Virus record (IMG/VR): IMGVR_UViG_3300020469_000054
Span: 1 to 58,506 of that record
Direction: 5' to 3' (one strand)
From: a virus
Lineage: Duplodnaviria; Caudoviricetes
DNA: 58,506 bases
Under the pieces are notes generated by a model that was not told the origin of the DNA, made no database searches, and saw only the letters and a list, made by a program, of their open reading frames with translations. Position numbers and translations under genes: made by a program. The stretch's first letter is position 1; each line of letters opens with the position of its first letter. Positions 26,806 to 36,514 of the stretch are shown here, piece after piece.

Positions 26806-29800
26806 TTATATTGGTAATTCAAGAATATGAATGGTGTCAGTTGCTAATGGTGCATCACCAGCAGTGAATACAACATTAGATCCATTTGCATCTACTGTAT
26901 AATTAGTACCTGCAATTTGTGCTACACCATTTAAAAACACAAGGACTGAATTCTCAGTATGTTTAATATTGTTAGTGTATGTAGAGATTGCAAATGTTAG
27001 TGTTGATGCGTCACCAGTATATGTTTTAGTCACATACTTATCAGATCCAACACCACCTCTACCAGTAACAAGCAAGTTACCATCAACTTTAGTATCACCT
27101 GAAATAGCAAGTCTAAAGTTTGCTATGGCATCTTGTCCAATACCAAGATTAACCTGACCATTAAATGTTTGAATATCAAACACACCAGTATCAGTTAGAC
27201 CAAACTCAACCCAACTGCCCTGATAATATATCCATCCAAGCATTTTACCTGGAGTCCAGTTAATATTATAAACTAAGTCACCATCAGCAGGAGTATCATA
27301 TCCTGTAACATTAGTAAAGTCTGGTTGATCACTTGCATCAGATGGTGCTAGTAATGTTTGTTTAATAACAGTACCATCTTGGTTATAATAAGAGATTCTC
27401 CTTGCTTGAATTTGCTCAGTAAATGTAGTTAATGCTTGGAATGTAACAGGACCAGCGAATATAGATTCTAACTGGTTAGATGCTCCACCAATTACAGTTA
27501 ACTTATCGGTTAATACTAACTCAGAGAATGTTTCAATAGTTGTATCTTCTTCACCAATAACATTCAACTGTGCAATATCTTCATTAGTGATCTGACCTGT
27601 AACTGGGTTAATAATCTGGTTACCAATGAATAGGTCACCATTAGAGTTAAGACCAGAATAGAAAGCAACACCTGCTTCTTCTTTAATAGACTGAGAGAAC
27701 TTAACCTGATTGCTTGATAATGTCTCAACCTGTGTTTGAGGGAAGGCAGTTGAATAGTTACCTGGACCAAAACCGAGATACTCAAACGTATGGTTACCAG
27801 ATCTTAGAATTGAATGTCGTCTAAACTCAACAGGAATAGGAGCAACAGCACCTTGGTTATCCTCACGGATATTAATCTTCCGTTCTTCCTCATCACCAAT
27901 ACGATCAGTGATCCTAACATTAGATAGTCTCTGGTTTACAGAGTCATAGTTTGGTGTTGTTCCTGGTTGTGTCCAACCAGAATCTGCTAATAAGAATAGT
28001 GTTGACTCCTTAGTAATAGATCTTTGTGGATCTTTTGCAGCAGGTGTAGCACCATCAGTTGAATATACTAAACCGATAGTTTGGTTGTCAGCGACGGATA
28101 TAGAAGGATCAGGGTCACCAAGAGGGTTGTCTCTGTCAAACGTAGGATAGACTTCGTTGACGTTTTGACTGAACTTCCTGTCGTTAAAATTAGAAGTTGA
28201 AGGTGAAATAGATGCACAAAGGAAGGTAATGTAATAGATTCCATCGTTAACGCCTCTCTCAAATTCTTGTATAATTTCGATATCATATATGTAATAACAC
28301 TTATCCAATTTATAAGAAGTTGAATCACTATTCAATGGTTGCATTACATAACCAGAGATAGGATCTCTTGGAAGTGGATTAGTCTTATCCTTATCGATTA
28401 CATATCTTACACGATATGTCCTATCTTGTAAATCCCTCTTGTCAGGTATTCTCTTAAAGAATGTAGTAGGAGTAAAGTTTGCGTTTTGATATAATGTTGT
28501 ATTAGTTGTTATTGTTGTATAGATGTCATTATTATTAGAATCAACTGTTAAATACCAACCACCAACAGACTCAGCAGTATTATCTCCATCTAAGTCATAT
28601 AATGTAGCATCATATTGTAATGGTGATCCAGCAACACCAGCAGAAAGACCAGAAACTGAAGGTCCATAAGGTGCAATGTTAGCAGTGTGTACACTTGCCT
28701 CAGTAGCACCATTAGCAGTCAACAATACATTCAACTTATCTGGTACTGCAGCATTTCCTTCACCATCTTGTCTAGCACCGATTGTGAAACCCTGTACTCT
28801 AGTAGATGGTGGTGCATTTGAAACTGTATAACCATATAGATACAATCTTGTTCCTGGAACTTGACCTAATCCTGCTAATGCTTGGTTGACCTGAATTGTT
28901 CTTTGAATATCTATGTTTGTCCAGTTAACAGATACTTCCTCACCAAATATAATATTACCTGTAACTGTACCAGTATTATTAGCACTTAAAGTAACCGCCC
29001 TTGTGCTAGTGTTAAAACTAACAACTGTTGTAGATCCAGGAATATTGGAATTATGTGCTGTCATTCCTTCTTGAAGACCTTCCACAGATCCATCATTTGC
29101 TAGTGTAACTGTATTAGAACCCTGAGTACCAGTTGCAGTAGTTGAAATAACTCCTAATGCTTTAGGTGGAATGATATGAGTTATAGCACCTGCTTTATCT
29201 TTAGAGAATGATTTTGCTTTAAATCCAGCAGATCTAAGTGCAGTGTTACCAAAGTTAGAGTTACTATTAGTAATTGACATGTCACCACCTCTTTCAGCAG
29301 TGAAGTGACCAAAGTATCCAACAGCGAACACCGAGACCGCCTGTATAAATGCATCATCTGTTGCAAGTATATGTCTGTGACCCCATCCTTTTCTATATTC
29401 AGCGTAACCATCTAGGTGAGCACCATCACCAGCAGTTGCTACATCATAATTACCAGTTGATTCATTATATCTTACAAATGCTCTGTCATCCTTTTGTAGT
29501 GATAGACCTGTAAACTGTGCCACAACCATTGATTTGAAACCAGTTGCTTTAGCACCGTTAGCGTGCATACCATTCATACCCCACACACTTCTCAGTGATA
29601 GGTTAAAGGCATAAGGTGATGCTGAGTCAACAGTGTCAATCTCAGTCTTAACAGCAATGTTTGAACCTATAGCATTACCTGTTGGTTCTTCTGTCATCTG
29701 ATAGGTAAATACATTACCACTAGCAGATGTTACAGTAAAGGATCCATTGTAAAGACCACCATCTGCTTCAGACTGTGGACCTGTTGATCCAGTAACACCA

Positions 29801-30774
29801 CTAATATTAATGTTAACACCAACAGAGAATCCATGATTTCTTGGGTTATCAAATTCATCAACAGTAACAGCAGTTGCAGTGTTACCATTACGAGTTATCT
29901 GTAGTACCCTATATTCATCAGAAATCGGACCAACAATTCTGTTTTCCTCAACCCTTTCCTGAATTTGGTCAGTTGCTGGATCACCAGATGTATCAGGAAT
30001 TGTTGCAAATGCTTTAGATATCTTCTGATAATATATCTCTAGGTCAGTCCTTTCTAATATGTTAGGAACAGCAGAGTAATCTGCATTAGGAACAGATCCA
30101 TCTGAAATAAGAGTTGATAATGGATTTAAACCATCAGCAAACTCAAAACAAGTTAACTTATGGTGTGAGAATTTTGGTGATATAGTTTCTATACTGTCAG
30201 GTTTGAAATATACGCCTTCTTCTGCTCCATCAAAGAATGAGAATTGCCAGAAATAAGTACCACCAGTTACTTTAAAGATTGCTGTACTGTGTGGTGCTTG
30301 CTCCTCTGTATTAATACCTTTTGCTGCATATACTGTAGGATATGGAATATACTTAGGTCTGACTTTAGTACGTCTAAGGTCTGTACCAACTAATGAACAA
30401 CCTCTGGGAACTATACATCCACCTTCTACTGAATTATATCTATAAAGAACATTGTTGGGTGATGTAATATCTAAGTTTGAGTTCTCGTCAATAGGTGCTA
30501 CGTTAGTATATAAAACATCTCCAGGTCTATTATCAATCAGATACTCAGCAGGATAGAGCATGATACTAAAAGCATCAAACTCGTCATTACTTAATCCAAC
30601 TCTATATGAAAATCTTGCTACTTCTAAAAACGCCCTTTGTATCGTCTTAAACGGACGCAATGCCGAGTTACCTCTGTTATCAATAGCATCAGATGCATCG
30701 AAATCATCAGGGTTAACGTAAATAATACGTCCAGTTCTGGACGTAATAATATTCTTGAGTCTAGTTAGTGACAT
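26806..30774 (-). CDS. Large virion structural or fibre protein (1322 aa)
   Basis: MSLTRLKN..GRIIYVNP..RPFKTIQRA N-terminus typical of cyanomyovirus structural proteins; ATAAATA upstream. Confidence 0.8.
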   Translation of the reverse strand: MSLTRLKNIITSRTGRIIYVNPDDFDASDAIDNRGNSALRPFKTIQRAFLEVARFSYRVGLSNDEFDAFSIMLYPAEYLIDNRPGDVLYTNVAPIDENSNLDITSPNNVLYRYNSVEGGCIVPRGCSLVGTDLRRTKVRPKYIPYPTVYAAKGINTEEQAPHSTAIFKVTGGTYFWQFSFFDGAEEGVYFKPDSIETISPKFSHHKLTCFEFADGLNPLSTLISDGSVPNADYSAVPNILERTDLEIYYQKISKAFATIPDTSGDPATDQIQERVEENRIVGPISDEYRVLQITRNGNTATAVTVDEFDNPRNHGFSVGVNINISGVTGSTGPQSEADGGLYNGSFTVTSASGNVFTYQMTEEPTGNAIGSNIAVKTEIDTVDSASPYAFNLSLRSVWGMNGMHANGAKATGFKSMVVAQFTGLSLQKDDRAFVRYNESTGNYDVATAGDGAHLDGYAEYRKGWGHRHILATDDAFIQAVSVFAVGYFGHFTAERGGDMSITNSNSNFGNTALRSAGFKAKSFSKDKAGAITHIIPPKALGVISTTATGTQGSNTVTLANDGSVEGLQEGMTAHNSNIPGSTTVVSFNTSTRAVTLSANNTGTVTGNIIFGEEVSVNWTNIDIQRTIQVNQALAGLGQVPGTRLYLYGYTVSNAPPSTRVQGFTIGARQDGEGNAAVPDKLNVLLTANGATEASVHTANIAPYGPSVSGLSAGVAGSPLQYDATLYDLDGDNTAESVGGWYLTVDSNNNDIYTTITTNTTLYQNANFTPTTFFKRIPDKRDLQDRTYRVRYVIDKDKTNPLPRDPISGYVMQPLNSDSTSYKLDKCYYIYDIEIIQEFERGVNDGIYYITFLCASISPSTSNFNDRKFSQNVNEVYPTFDRDNPLGDPDPSISVADNQTIGLVYSTDGATPAAKDPQRSITKESTLFLLADSGWTQPGTTPNYDSVNQRLSNVRITDRIGDEEERKINIREDNQGAVAPIPVEFRRHSILRSGNHTFEYLGFGPGNYSTAFPQTQVETLSSNQVKFSQSIKEEAGVAFYSGLNSNGDLFIGNQIINPVTGQITNEDIAQLNVIGEEDTTIETFSELVLTDKLTVIGGASNQLESIFAGPVTFQALTTFTEQIQARRISYYNQDGTVIKQTLLAPSDASDQPDFTNVTGYDTPADGDLVYNINWTPGKMLGWIYYQGSWVEFGLTDTGVFDIQTFNGQVNLGIGQDAIANFRLAISGDTKVDGNLLVTGRGGVGSDKYVTKTYTGDASTLTFAISTYTNNIKHTENSVLVFLNGVAQIAGTNYTVDANGSNVVFTAGDAPLATDTIHILELPI

Positions 30775-30799
30775 TACCTACGACGCTCTATGTGAGTAT

Positions 30800-32254
30800 T
30801 TATATGCTATAACCAATGGTAAACTCATCGGAAGTCTCTGAGAAACCATTTAAAATAAACGTATTGTGTTGTGTTGCACTATTAACAACAATACTTTCAC
30901 CTGGTCCCAAAATAATAGCAGTTTGTTTTTCAGTTGCATTGGCAGCAAGATCTTTTGTATTTACATAATATTGATCATCACCAATACCAGTAGCATCAAC
31001 AGTAACACTACTTACAGTTGCAGTTGTTTGTGATGCAATAGCATTAGGAGCATCAGAGAATGTATCTGTTCCTGAGAAACCAGCAGATCCCTCACCAAGA
31101 ATAACATCAAGATTTTGTCCTGTAGCATCCCAATCTCTTACATATCCATAAGATCCAACTGTCTTAGACTGTAAAGTAAATGCACTACCATTAAAACTAA
31201 ATGCAGTGTTATTTGCCCATAAACCTTCAACATTATACACATTAATTTGTGTATATGTATATGCTAAGGATACAGTAAGCATTCTATCAGATCCACCATA
31301 ATTTGCATTAGCAGCAGTACCAGTGCCGCCATCATAGACATATAAATTATCTGCTGCTCCTTGTGGAGTAAATCCATACTGAACATATGCTCCACCCGAT
31401 CCAGCAGTACCACTAGTAGTTTTATTAAGAGTAAATTCACTACCATTATCTACATCACCTGCTCCACCATCAATAATGCCATCTGGACCCCACTCACCAT
31501 TAACAGTAACAGAAAGTTTAAAGTCTCTACCACTCATTGATGAATCAGCAACATCAAATTTATATGTCCTATCATTAAAGAATGAAATTGTGCTCTGGAC
31601 ATAAGTGCTATAAACTCCACCAGCAGTTGTAGTTGAGAATACAAATTCATTTTGTGCTGCAGAAATACCACCAGCAGCAATAGTACCACTACCACCAGAA
31701 GTAAACTGATTTATATCACCATCTGCAAAAGTTGTACCATTACCATTAACTGTTTCAGGTCCAACGTGGACTATCATATTCTCTCCACTTTGATAAACCT
31801 CATACACAAGACAAGTTGTAGTATCACCACCAGCACCTTTAGTTATTGTATCACCAACACTCATAGCACCAGTAGTATTACCTATTGTAAATGTCCTTAT
31901 GGATATAGATTTAACAAAAACCGTTGTTAAAGCAGGAATAACATAACGATTGAATTTAGCTTTATTAGCACCAAGTGGATCTAGTATGTCAACACCAGCA
32001 GTTGCTCCTGTAGGTATCGGAGTCGTTGATGTAAATGTATAATTTGATATTACATATCCTTTATTAAAGGTATAAGTACCTGCATCTAAATTCAATCGCT
32101 GGTCATAACCTTTAAGACCGATAGAATATGCTGCTCCAGTACCAGAGTTTGCTACATTAAGCACCGCACTAATACTGGAAGTTGGATCTGCTCTGAAAAG
32201 TAATGCTGAACCATTTGGTTTTGCCTTACCTAATATGCCTGATTTGACTGTCAT
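30800..32254 (-). CDS. Virion structural protein
   Basis: G/T/S-rich beta protein in a late operon. Confidence 0.65.
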   Translation of the reverse strand: MTVKSGILGKAKPNGSALLFRADPTSSISAVLNVANSGTGAAYSIGLKGYDQRLNLDAGTYTFNKGYVISNYTFTSTTPIPTGATAGVDILDPLGANKAKFNRYVIPALTTVFVKSISIRTFTIGNTTGAMSVGDTITKGAGGDTTTCLVYEVYQSGENMIVHVGPETVNGNGTTFADGDINQFTSGGSGTIAAGGISAAQNEFVFSTTTAGGVYSTYVQSTISFFNDRTYKFDVADSSMSGRDFKLSVTVNGEWGPDGIIDGGAGDVDNGSEFTLNKTTSGTAGSGGAYVQYGFTPQGAADNLYVYDGGTGTAANANYGGSDRMLTVSLAYTYTQINVYNVEGLWANNTAFSFNGSAFTLQSKTVGSYGYVRDWDATGQNLDVILGEGSAGFSGTDTFSDAPNAIASQTTATVSSVTVDATGIGDDQYYVNTKDLAANATEKQTAIILGPGESIVVNSATQHNTFILNGFSETSDEFTIGYSI

Positions 32255-32263
32255 GGTGATTAA

Positions 32264-33586
32264 TTAGAAACCTGCGTAGAAAAATTGTTGGAGTCTTGTA
32301 CGACCTACTAAAGTTGCTGCTCCAATACCAGCACCGAATTGTACATCTTCCAGAGATGTGTTTTCAGTAGATAGTAGTGTTGCGTCAGCATCTGGGAATT
32401 TGATTGTCCTAGTACCAGTAATATTACTAGTATCTAGTGTTACTTTAGTAGAATTACCAGCAGCAGTTTTAAGTTCTGGTGTAATCAAAACCTTATTTAA
32501 AAGGTCTTGTGATGCCAATTCTGTAACAAGGACGTTTGTTATCGTTGTATTATTTAGCGTATCATTCTGTGGGAATCCAAACGGTGTTGAAGATGCTGGA
32601 TTCATATTATCCAGATCAATCGTTACCTTCTTGGACTGATCATTATCATCAGCAAATATTGGATTGATATAAGTTTTATTCTCAAAGCTTTGAGTTGCAA
32701 CTATTCCTGCAAGAGTTATGTCTAAATCAGGAACAGTAATAGATCTGTTAGTAGTTAAATTAGATGTATTTAAAGAAACAAATGATGTTGTGTCTTCTGC
32801 GTTAGATGTAAATTTAACATCAACAAACTTCTTAGATAATACAGTCTGCTCAGTTTTAGTATCCAATAATGTAGAACTAGTCGCTGTTGGTTCAAGTGTT
32901 GTTGTAACTGGTCCAGCATCAGGTAAAAAGTATGCTCTCCTAGTACCTGTAGTAGTGCTCCAATTTATTTGGAATTCTGCTTCCTCCTCTCCACTGTTTA
33001 TAACAAAGTTATCTTCATCAACGAAAATAGTTTTATTCCTTAGTGTCTGTGTAGTGTCATCTCCTACAACTGTAGTACCTTGCCCAATACTAATTTGAGG
33101 TAAAGTAAATATCCTTGTAGTAGAACCTGCACCAATATTACCAATTTCAAATCTTGCCTTCGGACCTTGTGCATCTTCCAATATAAAAGATCCATCATTA
33201 ATTGTAAATTGTCCAGTAACCCTTACAGTTCCTGTCCCTTTAGGTGCTAAAACAATATTAGCATTATCAGTTACTTCATCAACAGCAGTCAAATATAATG
33301 AAGATTGCTCACTAGCATCTTGAATACGAGTCATATAGACTCCTCCATCACCAAAACCTATGCCAAGTTGGTCATATGCATTTTGATAGAACCCAGTGTC
33401 CCTGTCCAAGTCAAAGGCTAGACCAGGAGAATCTTTTGTGCCCTGTGCTACACCACGAAATAATTGATTAATTTTTACCTTACGGTTAGGTATCAATGGA
33501 TCAGAAACAACTACAGGTAAAATACCTTCACCTGATATATTGGAGTCTGAGATTGTATCTAACTGAGATATTTTTCTGGTACCCAC
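32264..33586 (-). CDS. Virion structural or fibre protein with internal repeats
   Basis: Repeated R.I..PD...TL....TQ.L.NK units; ATAAATA promoter near 33613. Confidence 0.7.
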   Translation of the reverse strand: MGTRKISQLDTISDSNISGEGILPVVVSDPLIPNRKVKINQLFRGVAQGTKDSPGLAFDLDRDTGFYQNAYDQLGIGFGDGGVYMTRIQDASEQSSLYLTAVDEVTDNANIVLAPKGTGTVRVTGQFTINDGSFILEDAQGPKARFEIGNIGAGSTTRIFTLPQISIGQGTTVVGDDTTQTLRNKTIFVDEDNFVINSGEEEAEFQINWSTTTGTRRAYFLPDAGPVTTTLEPTATSSTLLDTKTEQTVLSKKFVDVKFTSNAEDTTSFVSLNTSNLTTNRSITVPDLDITLAGIVATQSFENKTYINPIFADDNDQSKKVTIDLDNMNPASSTPFGFPQNDTLNNTTITNVLVTELASQDLLNKVLITPELKTAAGNSTKVTLDTSNITGTRTIKFPDADATLLSTENTSLEDVQFGAGIGAATLVGRTRLQQFFYAGF

Positions 33587-33619
33587 GAATTATCACACTA
33601 TGCTACAAGGTTATTTATA

Positions 33620-33790
33620 CTAATACAGGTTGTATAATTTATATTCATGTTTATATCTTTGCAGATACGATTCAACATGCTCGATACGCTGAAACCAGCA
33701 CTTCTTATTATCAGTGATATCTTCCATAAAAAAGGGGAATGTGTCTCCATGTGGGAATAATGCTTTCTTACGAGTCTTCGTTACTCGCAC
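33620..33790 (-). CDS. Hypothetical protein
   Basis: C-terminal half of the track ORF (KKCWFQ); GTG start chosen because of an overlapping upstream ORF. Confidence 0.45.
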   Translation of the reverse strand: MRVTKTRKKALFPHGDTFPFFMEDITDNKKCWFQRIEHVESYLQRYKHEYKLYNLY

Positions 33791-33944
33791 CTCGTCTTTC
33801 TTCTTCCTCCTTCTCTTGGATGTATTCTTTGAGAGCGTTGGAGAAGTCTTCTTGCGACCAGTCGTTGAAGATGCTTTCGTAGGGGTCTTCTTTGTCCCAC
33901 TCGATTGTGAAACTCCCGTCTTCGTTTGCCTTGACATCAGCCAT
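33768..33944 (-). CDS. Hypothetical acidic protein (58 aa)
   Basis: Read manually: MADVKANEDGSFTIEWDKEDPYESIFNDWSQEDF...; AAGGA RBS. Confidence 0.55.
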   Translation of the reverse strand: MADVKANEDGSFTIEWDKEDPYESIFNDWSQEDFSNALKEYIQEKEEEERRGASNEDS

Positions 33945-34090
33945 TACGATCCTTTATTTTTTTATGACCATATTCTAGCACAATTTTCTCATATGCAACA
34001 CCCTTACTATCATAACAATCATGAAAACTTAATGTTCCGTCTAAATCCTTAGACATATCAATAAGCATTTGTTTGTAATCTTCTGGTATT

Positions 34091-34741
34091 TTACTCATAA
34101 TGTTTGCCAACGTTGTGTAAATTAAAACTCATAGTAACTCTTTTAACATCACTACTGAAAGGATAAACTCCATGTAGTAAACTTGATGGAAATAACATAA
34201 TCTGTTTAGACTTTGGACTAACTAACCAATTCCTATCGTTACACCAAAAATCAACTAATCCACTATTAGAATTTGGTAAACCATTTTCTCTATTATACAA
34301 TCTTTCTTCTTCAATCTGTTTAGGTATATCAATAAAAATAATTGCACTCAAGTCTCCACTATGACGATGTATTGGATTATATTCATTTGGGTTCATAAAA
34401 TTAACCCAAGGTCCAAGATCACCAAAATCATAAGTTACATAGTTTAATTTTCGTTGTTTATATTGAAGTGTTTGCATCCACTCTGAATCATTTAGTTTTA
34501 TAAAACTATATGATCTATGGTATTCTTGAAAATATTCTTGTACATATGGATTAAGATAATCATAGAATAAATCTATATCATATACAGCACCCTTTTGATT
34601 TTGTATATTACCAGCTAATTTTGCATTGTAACTGTTACCATTATAAGTCTCATCAAGACCATCCATAAGAAACTCATGGAATCCATCTGATATGGTGTCC
34701 CTACAAACTAAGGGACTAAACGGATACAGATTTTCCTGCAT
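34091..34741 (-). CDS. Putative 2OG-Fe(II) oxygenase
   Basis: WVNF...NPIHRHSGDLS...FPSSLLHGVYPF...RVTMSFN. Confidence 0.85.
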   Translation of the reverse strand: MQENLYPFSPLVCRDTISDGFHEFLMDGLDETYNGNSYNAKLAGNIQNQKGAVYDIDLFYDYLNPYVQEYFQEYHRSYSFIKLNDSEWMQTLQYKQRKLNYVTYDFGDLGPWVNFMNPNEYNPIHRHSGDLSAIIFIDIPKQIEEERLYNRENGLPNSNSGLVDFWCNDRNWLVSPKSKQIMLFPSSLLHGVYPFSSDVKRVTMSFNLHNVGKHYE

Positions 34742-35408
34742 TAGTTAATGTATTCCATAATATTTTACCTAATGATTTGGTAGCACTACCTTGCAATTCA
34801 TCAAACATATACATGTTTAACCTAAATGCATAATTTGCTTCAACTATTATAGCATTTCTTTGTTCCTCGTCAAGTTCTAAACCATCCAACACTGCTCTAT
34901 AATTCTGTTTAAATACTTTAGCATCATCTATGTAAGGAAAATTGTAGAAATGTAATCCTTCTCCTTTTGGTGGAGTTAATGCTTTCTCTGCAATACCTTT
35001 AAGTATTTTACCACCAGACAAATCACCAATATACCTAGTATAATGATGTGCTATAAGAAGATATGGATCTTTTTCTGCTACTTCATTAAGTCTATAACAA
35101 TATGTATTACATGCTTCTGAAGGAATCATCATCTCCCTAAACATAGGACCATAATAATACCTAAGATCTCTTTGTAGAAAAGCTGTACGGAATAGTTTTA
35201 CATTCCACTGTTGAAGTACTCTGACTAAAGGATCCTTAGATTCTTGGATCCTCATCTCCATTGTGTCATAGACATAATAGAAATCAGTAATCAATTTACG
35301 ATACTCTTCAGGATTTAATACACCCTTAAGAAATTGAGATACAAATTTAGTATTCTCTGCTGCGTTATGAGACTTACTAGTACCTTCCTTCAATTCAAGA
35401 CTAAACAT
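34716..35408 (-). CDS. ho1: Heme oxygenase
   Basis: LKEGTSKSHNAAEN, AHHYTRYIGDLSGG and EANYAFRLN. Confidence 0.95.
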   Translation of the reverse strand: MFSLELKEGTSKSHNAAENTKFVSQFLKGVLNPEEYRKLITDFYYVYDTMEMRIQESKDPLVRVLQQWNVKLFRTAFLQRDLRYYYGPMFREMMIPSEACNTYCYRLNEVAEKDPYLLIAHHYTRYIGDLSGGKILKGIAEKALTPPKGEGLHFYNFPYIDDAKVFKQNYRAVLDGLELDEEQRNAIIVEANYAFRLNMYMFDELQGSATKSLGKILWNTLTNAGKSVSV

Positions 35409-35538
35409 CGGTTTCTTTTTTCTCCTTTTTGAGTTGTTTTTTCATCATCTTGGCATAATATACATCCTTCTTACTATACCAATCTGGATGTTTCTTTGCA
35501 AGTTTAATTATTTTCTTTGCTGCTTTAAGATCCTTCAT
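35401..35538 (-). CDS. Small basic hypothetical protein (45 aa)
   Basis: Read manually: MKDLKAAKKIIKLAKKHPDWYSKKDVYYAKMMKK... Confidence 0.55.
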   Translation of the reverse strand: MKDLKAAKKIIKLAKKHPDWYSKKDVYYAKMMKKQLKKEKKETDV

Positions 35539-35782
35539 TCAAATTAACTTTATCTCTACCTCTGAAGTAGGTATTTATAACTTCAACTTGATCTTGGTAC
35601 TTAGCAATCATGTTTAACTCCTCTTCTATTGCTCCTACTATATCAGAGTGTTCTCCAATACCAGTAGGATTATTTAAGTAAACTTCAACATTTGCAACAT
35701 GTTTTTGAATGTCACCTTTAGCATGTGCTAAAAGTGCTTTAATTAAAGTATCTCTCATTTTTACCATTTGTTTACAGGACAT
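35525..35782 (-). CDS. Hypothetical protein
   Basis: NVEVYLNNPTGIGEHSDI; probable true start MRDTLIKAL. Confidence 0.7.
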   Translation of the reverse strand: MSCKQMVKMRDTLIKALLAHAKGDIQKHVANVEVYLNNPTGIGEHSDIVGAIEEELNMIAKYQDQVEVINTYFRGRDKVNLNEGS

Positions 35783-35958
35783 TTCATTTGGGGTACTCTC
35801 GCTTTAATTGCTAAAATACACCCACACTTATTACATATACCCCAAGGGTTGTAATGTTCACATTTATGACAGATTGCAAGTCTTTCTTGAGCTAATTGTG
35901 ATGGTGGTCTTTCCAAAAAATCCTTTATCTCCTCGAATACGTCCATATTATGTAGCAC
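35761..35958 (-). CDS. Small Cys-rich metal-binding protein
   Basis: RLAICHKC...CNKCGC...KCP..KW. Confidence 0.7.
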   Translation of the reverse strand: MLHNMDVFEEIKDFLERPPSQLAQERLAICHKCEHYNPWGICNKCGCILAIKARVPQMKCPVNKW

Positions 35959-36514
35959 CTCTTATCTTATATAAATTAAATGCAACTGATATTCTATCTT
36001 CATTAGATTTACTAGGTTCTACATCATGTTCCAACCAAGAAGGAAAATATATTATCATTCCTTCCTCTACATTAATATAATTATATTCATGTCCATCATT
36101 AAAATAACGATTGTCTGTCATTGAATGCTGTAATACACCTCTAGGATCCCACAATCTAATCCTACCACAATTTTTTGGTGCTTTAATATAATATACACCA
36201 CATAAAAATATACGACTATCAAGATGTGTATGTCTACTATTATAATTTCCTTTCTTATTAATATTAATCCAGTTATGAATAGAGAAGTCCTCTGATTTAA
36301 AAGGTTTATCTTCTCTCATTGGTACATGTTCTATAACTTCTCTAGCAAATTCCGTATCTTCTAATTCAACAGGGGATTGCCACCCACCAACATTAGATAC
36401 ATTAGCAGACTCATGCTCAGATTGTAGTTTATATACTTGCTTCGTTAATTTTTCATTATCTAGATTGAGATGATCAATCCAGACAGGAGTTGAAAAAAGA
36501 GATTCAATATACAT
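35948..36514 (-). CDS. Putative 2OG-Fe(II) oxygenase (TIGR02466-like)
   Basis: SNVGGWQS, HTH...FPSWLEHDV...RISVAFN. Confidence 0.88.
   Translation of the reverse strand: MYIESLFSTPVWIDHLNLDNEKLTKQVYKLQSEHESANVSNVGGWQSPVELEDTEFAREVIEHVPMREDKPFKSEDFSIHNWININKKGNYNSRHTHLDSRIFLCGVYYIKAPKNCGRIRLWDPRGVLQHSMTDNRYFNDGHEYNYINVEEGMIIYFPSWLEHDVEPSKSNEDRISVAFNLYKIRGAT

Noticed and set aside
33620-33937. 105-aa ORF with a long basic N-terminus
   Set aside because: Its N-half overlaps a better-supported 58-aa ORF (33768..33944) in another frame, so the start is probably over-extended.
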